Below, one piece after another: positions 46,045-55,610 of a DNA stretch of 64,000 bases. Position 1 is the first letter of the stretch, and each line of letters starts with the position of its first letter. The position numbers and the translations under genes were made by a program. The notes under the pieces are model-generated. The model was not told the origin of the DNA, made no database searches, and saw only the letters and a program-made list of their open reading frames with translations. The stretch is from IMG/VR virus record IMGVR_UViG_3300035182_001315. The stretch is one strand, 5' to 3'. Source of the stretch: a virus. Its lineage: Duplodnaviria; Caudoviricetes.

Positions 46045-47511
46045 ATGATTACAGTAGTATATTGTACAAGAGAAGCAAACTCTAAGCACACAGACCATAT
46101 CATTAAGTCATCCGGCATGCCTAAGATGATTCAGGTAATTGAGATTGTTAATAACGGTGAAGCATTGACAAAGGCTTACAACCGTGGACTTGAAATGGCA
46201 AAGAATGATATCGTTGTATTTATGCACGATGACGTAACCTTTGACAACTCAGGCTGGGGAAAGAAATTGCTGAAGCATTTCCAAGAAACCGATTATGGTA
46301 TTCTTGGTTTAGCCGGTACTACAGACATCCCAGAAACAGGCAAGTGGTGGGAAGACCGCCAGAAGATGGTTGGTATTGTTAACCACGAAAGCGGCGGAAA
46401 GAAATGGGAATCAAAATACTCAAAGAGCTGGGAAGGTAGAATAACTGAAGTTGCTGTTGTTGATGGACTTTTCTTCGCAGTAAACAAGAAACGCATACAT
46501 GCAATCTTTGATGAAACAATCGATGGTTTCCACTTCTATGAATTGGATTTCGTATTGAGTAATCATCTTGATGGCGTAAAGGTTGGTGTTATTTACAACA
46601 TCCGTGTGACTCACAAATCTATCGGTCAGACAAACGCACAATGGGAATCAAACCGTGTTCAATTCTCAACGAAATTCGCCGACAAGCTTCCAATCAAGTT
46701 GGTACCAGATTTCCCTGAATCAGAAGAAATTGCTGACCCAAAGATTGATACACCAATCAAGGTGATTATCCAATCATCCGGCGATGGGGTAGTTCTTGAA
46801 AACCTGTATAATAAAATCATTTCTTTTGGATATCCAAGCCTGAGCGTGGTTGTTATCAGCAATGAAAGCAATTTCGAAGACTTGAAGCATCAATGCCAGT
46901 GGAACCCAGCAGTAAAGGTTTACGAAGGATTCTATAATTCACTTCCAAAGAACCTTTCAGTATTGAAGTTCGAAGATGACTTTATTACAAAAAGCGATGA
47001 GCTGGTTGTTTTCATGAACGACAATGTGAAGATTATTAACAACATCCTTACCAATTTCGCCAAGCTTTATAAGATAAACAAGAATACATTCGGTGGCGCT
47101 TTCCCGCTGGCTTACAATGAGAACAGAACAATTTTCTCTTCAAGTCTGAGCATCTTTGCTGACAAGGAAAACAAGGTGGGTATCGATATGAGAGATGGTA
47201 ATTCTTATTATAATGTGCAGTACGGTTACATTGTGAATGCGCTGGGAAACCTTGCGGATTGCTTTGCTACAACAGCAAATAACTTGGTACTTTTGGATTG
47301 GTTCAAGAATAACTTCGAGACCCCAATGTATTTCAATGAATTTGCTTTAAGGCTTTACTTAAAGAAGAAAATTGTGTATAATGATACAAACTCCCTGACG
47401 GTGCAGAAATCATTCTCTGGTCAACACAATATCCAGCAGGATTTCCAAACCTACATCGATGCAATTGCTTCCGATGTCAATTTACAGGCGTTGGTAAAAC
47501 AGATAAAATGA
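46045..47511 (+). CDS. Glycosyltransferase (GT-A/GT2-like) with second degenerate GT-A domain
   Basis: LTKAYNRG, FMHDDV, VVDGLFFA, FHFYELDF; second half VFMNDNV. Confidence 0.8.
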   Translation: MITVVYCTREANSKHTDHIIKSSGMPKMIQVIEIVNNGEALTKAYNRGLEMAKNDIVVFMHDDVTFDNSGWGKKLLKHFQETDYGILGLAGTTDIPETGKWWEDRQKMVGIVNHESGGKKWESKYSKSWEGRITEVAVVDGLFFAVNKKRIHAIFDETIDGFHFYELDFVLSNHLDGVKVGVIYNIRVTHKSIGQTNAQWESNRVQFSTKFADKLPIKLVPDFPESEEIADPKIDTPIKVIIQSSGDGVVLENLYNKIISFGYPSLSVVVISNESNFEDLKHQCQWNPAVKVYEGFYNSLPKNLSVLKFEDDFITKSDELVVFMNDNVKIINNILTNFAKLYKINKNTFGGAFPLAYNENRTIFSSSLSIFADKENKVGIDMRDGNSYYNVQYGYIVNALGNLADCFATTANNLVLLDWFKNNFETPMYFNEFALRLYLKKKIVYNDTNSLTVQKSFSGQHNIQQDFQTYIDAIASDVNLQALVKQIK

Positions 47512-48290
47512 TAAAAATAATTTCAGGTTATACAGATAAAGGTGGCTCAACGGTCGCCTTTATCAATTTGACGAACGCCCTGAATGCTGCCGGTTACGAA
47601 ACCATCATGTACGGGCCACATCCGTGGTTTATGCATCATTGCAAATCAGATACCATTCAGAACTTTAAACCGGAACCAGATGATAATGTCATTGCTCACT
47701 TCTTGGATTTGAAGGTTAGGCCGAACGTTAAAAAGATTGTTTTGGCTTGCCATGAGAAATGGTGGTATGACGTAGCTAAGGTTCAACAGTTCTGGGATGA
47801 GGTAATCTTCCTGCATAAGGCACATAGAGAATATCATGGCGGTTATAGAGGCGATTGGACCATAATTCCGAATATCAAGGAACCTTTCATAATGAGAGAG
47901 AAACCAGAATTGGATTTGGTTGCCGGTATCGTTGGTGGAATTGAAGACAGGAAACAAACTCATGTTTCAATTCAAAGAGCGATGAAAGACCGTTGCAAAC
48001 AGATTTATCTTTTCGGTGGAATAAACGACAAAAGATATTACGAGCAAATGGTTAAACCCATGCTCAATCCAAGGATAATTGAATACGGCTACGCTTCAGA
48101 TAAACAAGCCATGTACGATTTGGTTGGTAGGGTTTATCACTCATCGAAAGGTGAAGTGGCATCACTGGTAAAGGATGAGTGTTTTTCAACCGGCACAAAA
48201 TTTTTCGGTAACGAGGAAACGGAAAATCAAATCTCAACACTTACCAATAACGAGGTTGTAGACCTTTGGAAAATAGTTTTTAGCTTATGA
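47508..48290 (+). CDS. Glycosyltransferase, GT-B (GT4-like)
   Basis: GGSTVAFINL N-terminus; EVASLVKDE is an E-x7-E motif. Confidence 0.7.
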   Translation: MIKIISGYTDKGGSTVAFINLTNALNAAGYETIMYGPHPWFMHHCKSDTIQNFKPEPDDNVIAHFLDLKVRPNVKKIVLACHEKWWYDVAKVQQFWDEVIFLHKAHREYHGGYRGDWTIIPNIKEPFIMREKPELDLVAGIVGGIEDRKQTHVSIQRAMKDRCKQIYLFGGINDKRYYEQMVKPMLNPRIIEYGYASDKQAMYDLVGRVYHSSKGEVASLVKDECFSTGTKFFGNEETENQISTLTNNEVVDLWKIVFSL

Positions 48291-49003
48291 TAATACACGC
48301 ACATATACTGGCATGGAACGAAGAAATGATTCTTCCGTATACCTTGGATTACTACTCCCTGATATGCGATAAGATTTTCGTCTATGATAACATGTCTACC
48401 GATGGTTCTGACGCAATTTACGCCAAGTATCCAAAAGTAAGTGTTATCAAGTGGTCAAGCAATGATGAGATAAACGAAATGAATTACGTTAACATCAAAT
48501 CAATGGCTTATCGGGAAACGAGCAGAGATGCTGACTGGGTTATTGTTTGTGATTGTGATGAATTTTTGTATTCTCCAATGTTATTAGAAGTACTGGAGAT
48601 TTATAAAATCACAGGGGTAACCGTTCCGAAAATTAATGGTCATGACATGGTGTCTGCAACCTTCCCAGAATACGATGGTGGTTCATTAATTGCTAAGATT
48701 AGAACTGGTTCGGATGTTTACGGCCCGATGAGCAAGAATATCATCTTTAACCCAAAGCTGGATGTATCCTATGGGATTGGTGGACACAGCTTTCAGGCTC
48801 CGGGTGCGGTTTATTCAGAAGCCGTTAATTTAAAATTGCTTCATTATAAGTTCCTTGGTAAGGATTATGTAAAGAAGCTTTATATCGCCAGAGCCAAGAG
48901 ACTTTCAACTTGGAACAAGCAGCATAAGTTCGGCGAGCATTACTTCAACCTTCCGTTCGAATACATGGATAGGTTGTTGAAAGAAAACAGACAAGTTATA
49001 TGA
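48287..49003 (+). CDS. Glycosyltransferase family 2-like
   Basis: AWNEE, YDNMSTDGS, VCDCDEF, LLHYKF. Confidence 0.8.
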   Translation: MIIHAHILAWNEEMILPYTLDYYSLICDKIFVYDNMSTDGSDAIYAKYPKVSVIKWSSNDEINEMNYVNIKSMAYRETSRDADWVIVCDCDEFLYSPMLLEVLEIYKITGVTVPKINGHDMVSATFPEYDGGSLIAKIRTGSDVYGPMSKNIIFNPKLDVSYGIGGHSFQAPGAVYSEAVNLKLLHYKFLGKDYVKKLYIARAKRLSTWNKQHKFGEHYFNLPFEYMDRLLKENRQVI

Positions 49004-49824
49004 GACAAATATTAGTATCAGACTTTACCATAAAGGAAGTTTCCCACGGTGGTTCAGAATGGGTAAACCAAGTGGTTATGGACAGATTTCCAGACTTAGA
49101 ATTCTGGTATTCTCAGCAAGTAACTGAATGGGATAAGGATGCATTTTATATTATCTCTAACATTTCTCTAATGAATCAGGCTTTGGTTAGACAAATCCCC
49201 AGCCTCAACTACATAATCTTAGAAAACGACTATAAAATTTGTCATAGCCGTCATCCATGGCGCTGGCCCAATTCTTTGGTTCCTCATAACGAGCGCATAA
49301 ACTACGATATCTATGCGAATGCAAAGGCTGTTTTTGTACAGACAACAGACCACATGAATGTTTACAAGGCCAATGATGTGAAGGCAAACTTTATCAATCT
49401 GAATTGTTCCATATGGTCCGATTCGGATTTGGCATTATTACAAAGTTTTTTACGCAAGAAACCTTTGAAAAATGGAAAACAAGCGGTATATTCTACGGGA
49501 AACTGGATTAAAAATACTGAAGGTGCGGTTAAGTACTGTGCTGAAAATAAACTAGAAGCTGTGCAGATTGAAAATCAGGAGAAGAGAGAAGACTTTTTGG
49601 ATAAGCTGTCCGATTGTTCTGGGTTGGTATTCTTCCCAATTGCGAGAGAAACCTTTTGCAGGTTGTTGGTTGAGGCCAAGTGTCTTGGATTGAAGGTGAC
49701 TACTAACAAGAATTCGGGGGCGGCTATGGAGAATTGGTTCGGTATGGAAGGTGAAGACCTCTTGAAGTTCCTGAAGATAAAAACTGAAATAAACCTTAAG
49801 AAAATTGGGGAATACATAAAATAA
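49000..49824 (+). CDS. Glycosyltransferase, GT-B (GT4-like)
   Basis: HGGSE N-terminus; ETFCRLLVE E-x7-E motif followed by AKCLG. Confidence 0.75.
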   Translation: MRQILVSDFTIKEVSHGGSEWVNQVVMDRFPDLEFWYSQQVTEWDKDAFYIISNISLMNQALVRQIPSLNYIILENDYKICHSRHPWRWPNSLVPHNERINYDIYANAKAVFVQTTDHMNVYKANDVKANFINLNCSIWSDSDLALLQSFLRKKPLKNGKQAVYSTGNWIKNTEGAVKYCAENKLEAVQIENQEKREDFLDKLSDCSGLVFFPIARETFCRLLVEAKCLGLKVTTNKNSGAAMENWFGMEGEDLLKFLKIKTEINLKKIGEYIK

Positions 49825-49829
49825 AAGTA

Positions 49830-50765
49830 ATGAGTATTAAAGAATGGCTTAGACGACAAGCGATGGCGATAACACTCGCTGTTACCAATGTTCAAAAAAA
49901 TGCTTTGAACCAAGAAGCCAATGAGCTTACTGCTGGCTCAAATCTTGAACAGAAGAAGGAATCGAGCGATTTGCTTCAGGCATTGTTGCGTGGTGAGGTT
50001 AACCAAGAAGTGAAAGACCTTCGCTGGAGAACATATAAGGTTATGAAGGCCGCAGAAAAGAAAAACGCCAGACTTATCCCTAAGATGATTTATGGTGAAA
50101 ATGGAGAAAGAGAATTTGCTTATGATGAAGAAGGTAGTATTATTTTTGAATCTGCAACCGTTAATCCTCGAAACAAAGAAAGAGCACTCGAAAAGGTCGT
50201 TGTTGATTTGACAGATAACTATCCAGTAAAGATGGTTGTAAAGAATGAGCCAGTTACCAATCCACTTGATTCAAAAGCAGACGAGAACATGGTTGTCGGA
50301 TATTCTTCCAAGAATCTTAATGATATGCCAATCAAAATTATCAGAGATTTTGTACCAAAGTTTGAGATTGAAAACTACGCAAAGAAAATGGTTGTAAGAA
50401 CCATCTCCGATACGGAAGTTCTTTTGGAGTTCTATATCAGCAAATACATAGACCCGTACAACGCTTCAAGCAAAATGCTCGTAGCTGAAATGAATAAAAT
50501 ACTGACCAATGGTCCCGACAAGGTTAATTCTCTTGAAATAAAGGAAGTTGGTTTCATTTCTGACAATACTATCGGTTCTGATGACTTCATGGGTTACGCA
50601 TATGATATTATTGGGTTTGACAAGATTGTTGATTTCGACGGGTATTACGTTCTGAAATTCAAGGCAACCGTAACTCTGGATGGTGAAGACCTGATGGAAA
50701 AATACAGGGAAGCTGAACTTGACAGGAAGTATAATGAAAAGGAACAGAGAAAAATGACCATATGA
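49830..50765 (+). CDS. Hypothetical protein within the glycan island
   Basis: 311-aa ORF with no recognised motif. Confidence 0.65.
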   Translation: MSIKEWLRRQAMAITLAVTNVQKNALNQEANELTAGSNLEQKKESSDLLQALLRGEVNQEVKDLRWRTYKVMKAAEKKNARLIPKMIYGENGEREFAYDEEGSIIFESATVNPRNKERALEKVVVDLTDNYPVKMVVKNEPVTNPLDSKADENMVVGYSSKNLNDMPIKIIRDFVPKFEIENYAKKMVVRTISDTEVLLEFYISKYIDPYNASSKMLVAEMNKILTNGPDKVNSLEIKEVGFISDNTIGSDDFMGYAYDIIGFDKIVDFDGYYVLKFKATVTLDGEDLMEKYREAELDRKYNEKEQRKMTI

Positions 50766-51481
50766 GTGTAACAGCAATTCTTAATGGATTTAAAAGGCCA
50801 CAATCTTTACAGGAACAGGTTGATGCTATCAGAGCACAGACAATCCCTGTGGACGATATTATGCTTTGGCAGAATCACGATGAAGGATTCGATAAGAATC
50901 TTACCAGCCAGCTTACAACAGCCGTTTGTAACAGGAACTTGGGTGTATGGGCCAGATTTGCTTTTGCCCTTAATGCCAAGACTGAGTACATCGCAATGTT
51001 CGATGACGATACCATCCCCGGCACCATGTGGATTGAGAATTGTTTAAACACCATGAAAAGTCATGAAGGATTGCTTGGTAGCATTGGATTGGTTTTGGAT
51101 TCACCAAATGGATATCGACCACATACAAGACATGGTTGGGCCGAACCTAACGAGAAGGTTGTTGAGTGTGATATTGTTGGTCATGCTTGGTTCTTCAAAC
51201 GTGAATGGCTTGCAACATACTGGAGAGAATTACCACCAATCGATGTTACGCTGGTAGGTGAGGATATGCACTTCTCTTATATGATTCAAAAGTATCTTGG
51301 ATTGAAGACTTTTGTCCCACCGCATCCTAAGCATGTTCCAGAAATGTGGGGCAGCATAAAGGGCTGGCAGCTTGGTGTTGGGCCGCAAGCTATTTCAGCA
51401 AACGAACACAGTATTGTTCTGATGAACAATTATTTTAATATAATACGCAGCAAGGGTTTTAAATTGGTAAAGCATGGATAA
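50762..51481 (+). CDS. Glycosyltransferase family 2-like
   Basis: LNGFKRP, NLGVWARF, AMFDDDTIPG, GEDMHFS. Confidence 0.8.
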   Translation: MSVTAILNGFKRPQSLQEQVDAIRAQTIPVDDIMLWQNHDEGFDKNLTSQLTTAVCNRNLGVWARFAFALNAKTEYIAMFDDDTIPGTMWIENCLNTMKSHEGLLGSIGLVLDSPNGYRPHTRHGWAEPNEKVVECDIVGHAWFFKREWLATYWRELPPIDVTLVGEDMHFSYMIQKYLGLKTFVPPHPKHVPEMWGSIKGWQLGVGPQAISANEHSIVLMNNYFNIIRSKGFKLVKHG

Positions 51482-52193
51482 GTATACAGCCGACTTTGAC
51501 TATTTCTGGCGACTTATCAACGAAGGTATGAATGTTACCTTTGCGAGATATGCCGATGGGGAAGTTTTGCTTATGCGTGGACATTCTGTTGGTAGTGACA
51601 CACAGGCTGGTAGGGTTGATAATTGGACATCTCCCGGTGGAACAACCAAGGTTGGTGCTGACCTTTTGCAAACCCTCAACCACGAAGAAAACGATTATTA
51701 CTATGCCATCTCTGGAATGAGCGATGATATGAATGACCACAAATACTTGAGAAGCGTTATTAAGCAAAATGAATCGCATTTGACGTTCGTTAACCTTTGG
51801 ATAAACGCAAATTATTCGAGGATGAAAGAAATGTTGTTGAATCTGAAACGTCCTGTTATTCTGATAGCGAATGAGATTGCACAAGGAAAGCCTTTCCCAT
51901 TTCCAGTAACGCATTTTACCGGCTTCCCAAACAACTGCATTCAATTCTGGGAGCAATTTGGCGACGAATACTCTCAATTCTTGCTGGATAATTACGGAAA
52001 AATGGAGAATCAGCTATTTTTTATCTCCTGCGGACCTGTTTCTGAGATTATTATTCACAAGCTTTATCAGAACAATCCTAACAATGCGTACATTGATGTT
52101 GGCTCATCCTTGGATGAACTTGTACATGGTAGACAAACCAGACCCTACATGAACCCAGCTTCAAGATACGCCAACGAAAAATCAAGTTTCTAA
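51474..52193 (+). CDS. GT-D-fold (DUF1792-like) glycosyltransferase
   Basis: FARYADGE and SCGP...YIDVGS motifs. Confidence 0.65.
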   Translation: MDKYTADFDYFWRLINEGMNVTFARYADGEVLLMRGHSVGSDTQAGRVDNWTSPGGTTKVGADLLQTLNHEENDYYYAISGMSDDMNDHKYLRSVIKQNESHLTFVNLWINANYSRMKEMLLNLKRPVILIANEIAQGKPFPFPVTHFTGFPNNCIQFWEQFGDEYSQFLLDNYGKMENQLFFISCGPVSEIIIHKLYQNNPNNAYIDVGSSLDELVHGRQTRPYMNPASRYANEKSSF

Positions 52194-52888
52194 TGATACA
52201 AGTAGCATATTCTAATTCGGTTTGTAAGGACCTCTGGCCAGCATTTTATAAACTGTTGATGATTCATTCAAAGATGCAAACATATTCAATCTTGGATATA
52301 GAAGCACCTTATTATATCGACAAGCATTTTATTTACGCCGGTGATGCACCCTATTACAAGGCTTGGACTGATGCATTAAAAGCTCTCCCAAACGAATTCT
52401 TTATCTATCTTCAAGAAGATTTTTTCCTTTACGATAGAGTAGACATGGTTAAGATAAGAGAGTACGAAACTTACCTTAAGGAACATCCTGAGTATTCATT
52501 CGTAAGACTTTTGAAATCCGGTGCGCTGGGTAACAAAAAGATTACTGATACCCTTTACGAAATCGAATCGACCAATCAAGATATTTTCTCCATGCAAGCC
52601 ACCATCTGGAGAAGTTCAGATTACATAAAGTTACTTGAGGAAGTGAAAGATGAGAAATGGCTTGAGAACTACAAATACCGTGACGCAGCCATCAAGCTTG
52701 GCATAAAGGGCCTCTACCATTACGATGGTGAGCCTAAGAGGGGCGGAGCACACTATGACAGCAAAGTTTATCCCTACATCGCCACGGCGCTCGTAAGGGG
52801 CAAATGGAACCTTTCTGAATATCCAAAGGAACTTGGGAAAATTGGACAAGACCATAACATTGATTTTACAAAAAGAGGAACTTACTAA
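52193..52888 (+). CDS. Putative glycosyltransferase (GT-A-like)
   Basis: FIYLQEDFFL, FVRL, SMQATIW; located among GT genes. Confidence 0.55.
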   Translation: MIQVAYSNSVCKDLWPAFYKLLMIHSKMQTYSILDIEAPYYIDKHFIYAGDAPYYKAWTDALKALPNEFFIYLQEDFFLYDRVDMVKIREYETYLKEHPEYSFVRLLKSGALGNKKITDTLYEIESTNQDIFSMQATIWRSSDYIKLLEEVKDEKWLENYKYRDAAIKLGIKGLYHYDGEPKRGGAHYDSKVYPYIATALVRGKWNLSEYPKELGKIGQDHNIDFTKRGTY

Positions 52889-53646
52889 TGGCAAATGAAA
52901 ACTTAGGTGTTTGGGAAGGATTCAAGAATTCTGTCAGACATCACTTAAATACGGATAATATAAATAACTTTCATAACTGGCCGGTGCTTCAGCAGACAAT
53001 GATTGCTGGGATTGATGCGGTGGAATTTACTCACTTGCAAAATTCACCTCTTTGGTCTAAGTGGATGGAAACACTGAATGAAACAGCCCTTCAACCCAAC
53101 TCTTATAACCCATTCCCAAGCAGCTCAACCAACAACATGCATCACGCATATTCCTTGGATGTAATGATGAGCCTTTTGGGGTTGAATCTTAATGAATTTG
53201 GTACAATTGTTGAGTTCGGCGGCGGCTATGGCAACACAGCCCGTTTGTTCAAAAGATGGGGTCACACCGGCGATTTTTATATCTACGACATCCCAGAACT
53301 TCTGGAAATCCAGAGGCATTACCTGACAGTAAACAATGCACCAGAAATCAAGCTTATCTCCGGCGCTGAGGCTCTGGGAGAGATTGGAAAAAATTCTTTG
53401 TTCCTTGGGTTATGGTCTATCAGTGAAGTGCCGGTTGAAGCCAGAGCAGCGTTGCTTGACCAGTTGAAGTTTTATGAATGTGAGAACATCTTCATCGCCA
53501 TGGGTGAAACCTTCTATCAAGAGAATAATATGGCTTGGTTGCAAGAGGTTGTAATACCAAAGCTTGGCCCAAAGTATGCGCATGAGTTTGTAAGGATTGC
53601 ACATGGCCAAGGTATGTACTATTTCCGAGCTAAAAAGACGGATTAA
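52888..53646 (+). CDS. Putative sugar O-methyltransferase
   Basis: IVEFGGGYGNTAR SAM motif, YIYDIPELLEIQRHYL, WSISE. Confidence 0.75.
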   Translation: MANENLGVWEGFKNSVRHHLNTDNINNFHNWPVLQQTMIAGIDAVEFTHLQNSPLWSKWMETLNETALQPNSYNPFPSSSTNNMHHAYSLDVMMSLLGLNLNEFGTIVEFGGGYGNTARLFKRWGHTGDFYIYDIPELLEIQRHYLTVNNAPEIKLISGAEALGEIGKNSLFLGLWSISEVPVEARAALLDQLKFYECENIFIAMGETFYQENNMAWLQEVVIPKLGPKYAHEFVRIAHGQGMYYFRAKKTD

Positions 53647-53649
53647 GGG

Positions 53650-53680
53650 TTTACATATTTATTTTTAATTAGTATCTTTG
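53650..53680 (+). promoter_or_regulatory. Bacteroidota-type promoter TTTACA-N17-TATCTTTG overlapping an ATATTTAT motif
   Basis: TATCTTTG at 53673-53680; ATATTTAT at 53655-53662. Confidence 0.65.
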
Positions 53681-53687
53681 CGTAACT

Positions 53688-54458
53688 ATGAAAGTTATCG
53701 CATTGACCTACGACTATGATTTAACCAAACTGGCTGAAATTGGGAGAAAATGGGCACCTGATGTTTATGGAAACAAGGACTATATCTTCGAATATTCAGC
53801 GGCATCCTATGCTACATTTTTGGACAAAAATCCAAACAAAGTACTTCATCTTTACACTGATGACATTCCTCTTATAAAAGAAAAGCTTAGCAAATATGTT
53901 ACCGGCCTTGAGTGGGTAATTTTCTATGATATTAACCACCTACTGGAGAAATATAAAAATGGGATGAGATACAGCTTTGATATGCTGACAGACTTCATCC
54001 ATTACGGCAAATCTCAAACAGAATTTACACTTAAGATTGATAATGATTTGGTATTTCATTCTGAAGTACCTGAACCGGCAACGGAAGGTAATGTCGTTTA
54101 CGTATGGAAATACGAAAGGCTGGTTAAGGAAGGTGACCCACGCATGGGCGAAATAAAGGTTGCCTCAGAAACCCTTGGTACCCTTGATTTCCCAATCTAC
54201 AACTTGGGTGTTTTTGGTTTACCGGCTCAATACCCAGAAGATGAGGTTCGTGAATTGATTGATAGAATGGTTGACGTTGATATCAGACCCGTAAGTGATT
54301 TGGGTGTAAAGATATGGCATTGCGCCGAACAGACGGCAAATAATTGGATTTTTCATGAAGTTGGCTACCACGTTGTTGAAACTTTTCGACATGTAACCCA
54401 CCACTATGACAATAAGCAGCTATGTATAAAGCATGCTGAATATCTTTTAAAGAAATAA
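53688..54458 (+). CDS. Putative nucleotide-diphospho-sugar transferase (GT-A)
   Basis: LHLYTDD, LKIDNDLVF (DxD), YNLGVFG, EQTA. Confidence 0.6.
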   Translation: MKVIALTYDYDLTKLAEIGRKWAPDVYGNKDYIFEYSAASYATFLDKNPNKVLHLYTDDIPLIKEKLSKYVTGLEWVIFYDINHLLEKYKNGMRYSFDMLTDFIHYGKSQTEFTLKIDNDLVFHSEVPEPATEGNVVYVWKYERLVKEGDPRMGEIKVASETLGTLDFPIYNLGVFGLPAQYPEDEVRELIDRMVDVDIRPVSDLGVKIWHCAEQTANNWIFHEVGYHVVETFRHVTHHYDNKQLCIKHAEYLLKK

Positions 54459-54459
54459 C

Positions 54460-55056
54460 ATGGCTGATGAATATTCACAGGCTGGCCAAGACAAATTTGT
54501 CCTGAGCCTTGCAAAAACTGACTTAGATCCAAATCATTACTTTGTTGATATCGGATGCTGGTTACCGATTACTCTTAACAACACAATGCTTCTTGAAGAA
54601 AATAGTTGGAAAGGTGTATCATTGGATATCTCCGACATGTATGCGGATTGGACAAGTAGGAAAACTCCTTTCGTACAAGCTGATGCACTTACAATGGACT
54701 ACGCATTGCTTTTCAAGAATACTGGGTTACCCCATTTTATTGATTACCTGAATGTGGATATCGAAGGAACCGGAATGAGATTTCAAGCCCTCAAGAAGGT
54801 TTTCGAATCTGGCCATGAGTTTGGAATCATAACAATCGAGCATGATGCTTACCGTGGGTTAACCGAATCTGAAATGGTACCTCAAAGGGAATTCCTGAGT
54901 GAGAAGGGTTACAGATTGGTTTGTGCCAGTGTTTGTTTGGGTGGCAACCCATTCGAGGATTGGTGGGTAAATACAAAATTCTATAAGGATTCTGAATACG
55001 AACATCTCTTGTCAAACAATGAAGAGGCAAGTGCAATAATAGCAAAATTAAAATGA
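54460..55056 (+). CDS. FkbM-like methyltransferase
   Basis: YSQAGQDKFV, FVDIG, WKGVSLD, IDYLNVDIEG, ITIEH, FEDWWV. Confidence 0.8.
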   Translation: MADEYSQAGQDKFVLSLAKTDLDPNHYFVDIGCWLPITLNNTMLLEENSWKGVSLDISDMYADWTSRKTPFVQADALTMDYALLFKNTGLPHFIDYLNVDIEGTGMRFQALKKVFESGHEFGIITIEHDAYRGLTESEMVPQREFLSEKGYRLVCASVCLGGNPFEDWWVNTKFYKDSEYEHLLSNNEEASAIIAKLK

Positions 55057-55610
55057 ACAATATGAGCAAAAACTATCAGAGTGATAACTCAAGCAATGTA
55101 GGCGAGTGGGAAAGCCACGCAGCCATCGCAGCAGCCGCTGAAAACGTAATCGTTGAGATTGGCGTTTTATTCGGTGACACAACAAAGGTATTGCTGGGCG
55201 CAGCAAAGCCAACAACTCACATTTACGGTATTGACCCTATAATTCCTGACTCTATGAACGAAGCCCTTATCGGTAGCGTTGAAAAGATAAATGAATTGGT
55301 TGCCCAGTATCCTAATTTCACCTTCATCAAGGATTACAGCTTCAACGTTGTTAAGACTTGGGACAAGGAAATTGATTACATCTTTATTGATGGTGACCAC
55401 CAGTACGAAGCAGTTAAGGCGGATTACGAACAATGGTTGCCTTTCGTTAAGGTTGGTGGTATCATTGCCATCCATGATTCAGCTGCGAACAGAGGCGGTC
55501 CGTTTTACTGGCCGGGGCCTTCACAATTGGCTGACGAATTAATCAATGCGTCTAATCTGGAATTCATTCAGACAAGACATACAATGACAATTTTAAAAAA
55601 AATCGCATGA
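55053..55610 (+). CDS. Class I SAM-dependent methyltransferase (Methyltransf_24-like)
   Basis: VEIGVLFG, YGIDP, IDYIFIDGDHQYEAVKAD, GGIIAIHD. Confidence 0.85.
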   Translation: MNNMSKNYQSDNSSNVGEWESHAAIAAAAENVIVEIGVLFGDTTKVLLGAAKPTTHIYGIDPIIPDSMNEALIGSVEKINELVAQYPNFTFIKDYSFNVVKTWDKEIDYIFIDGDHQYEAVKADYEQWLPFVKVGGIIAIHDSAANRGGPFYWPGPSQLADELINASNLEFIQTRHTMTILKKIA

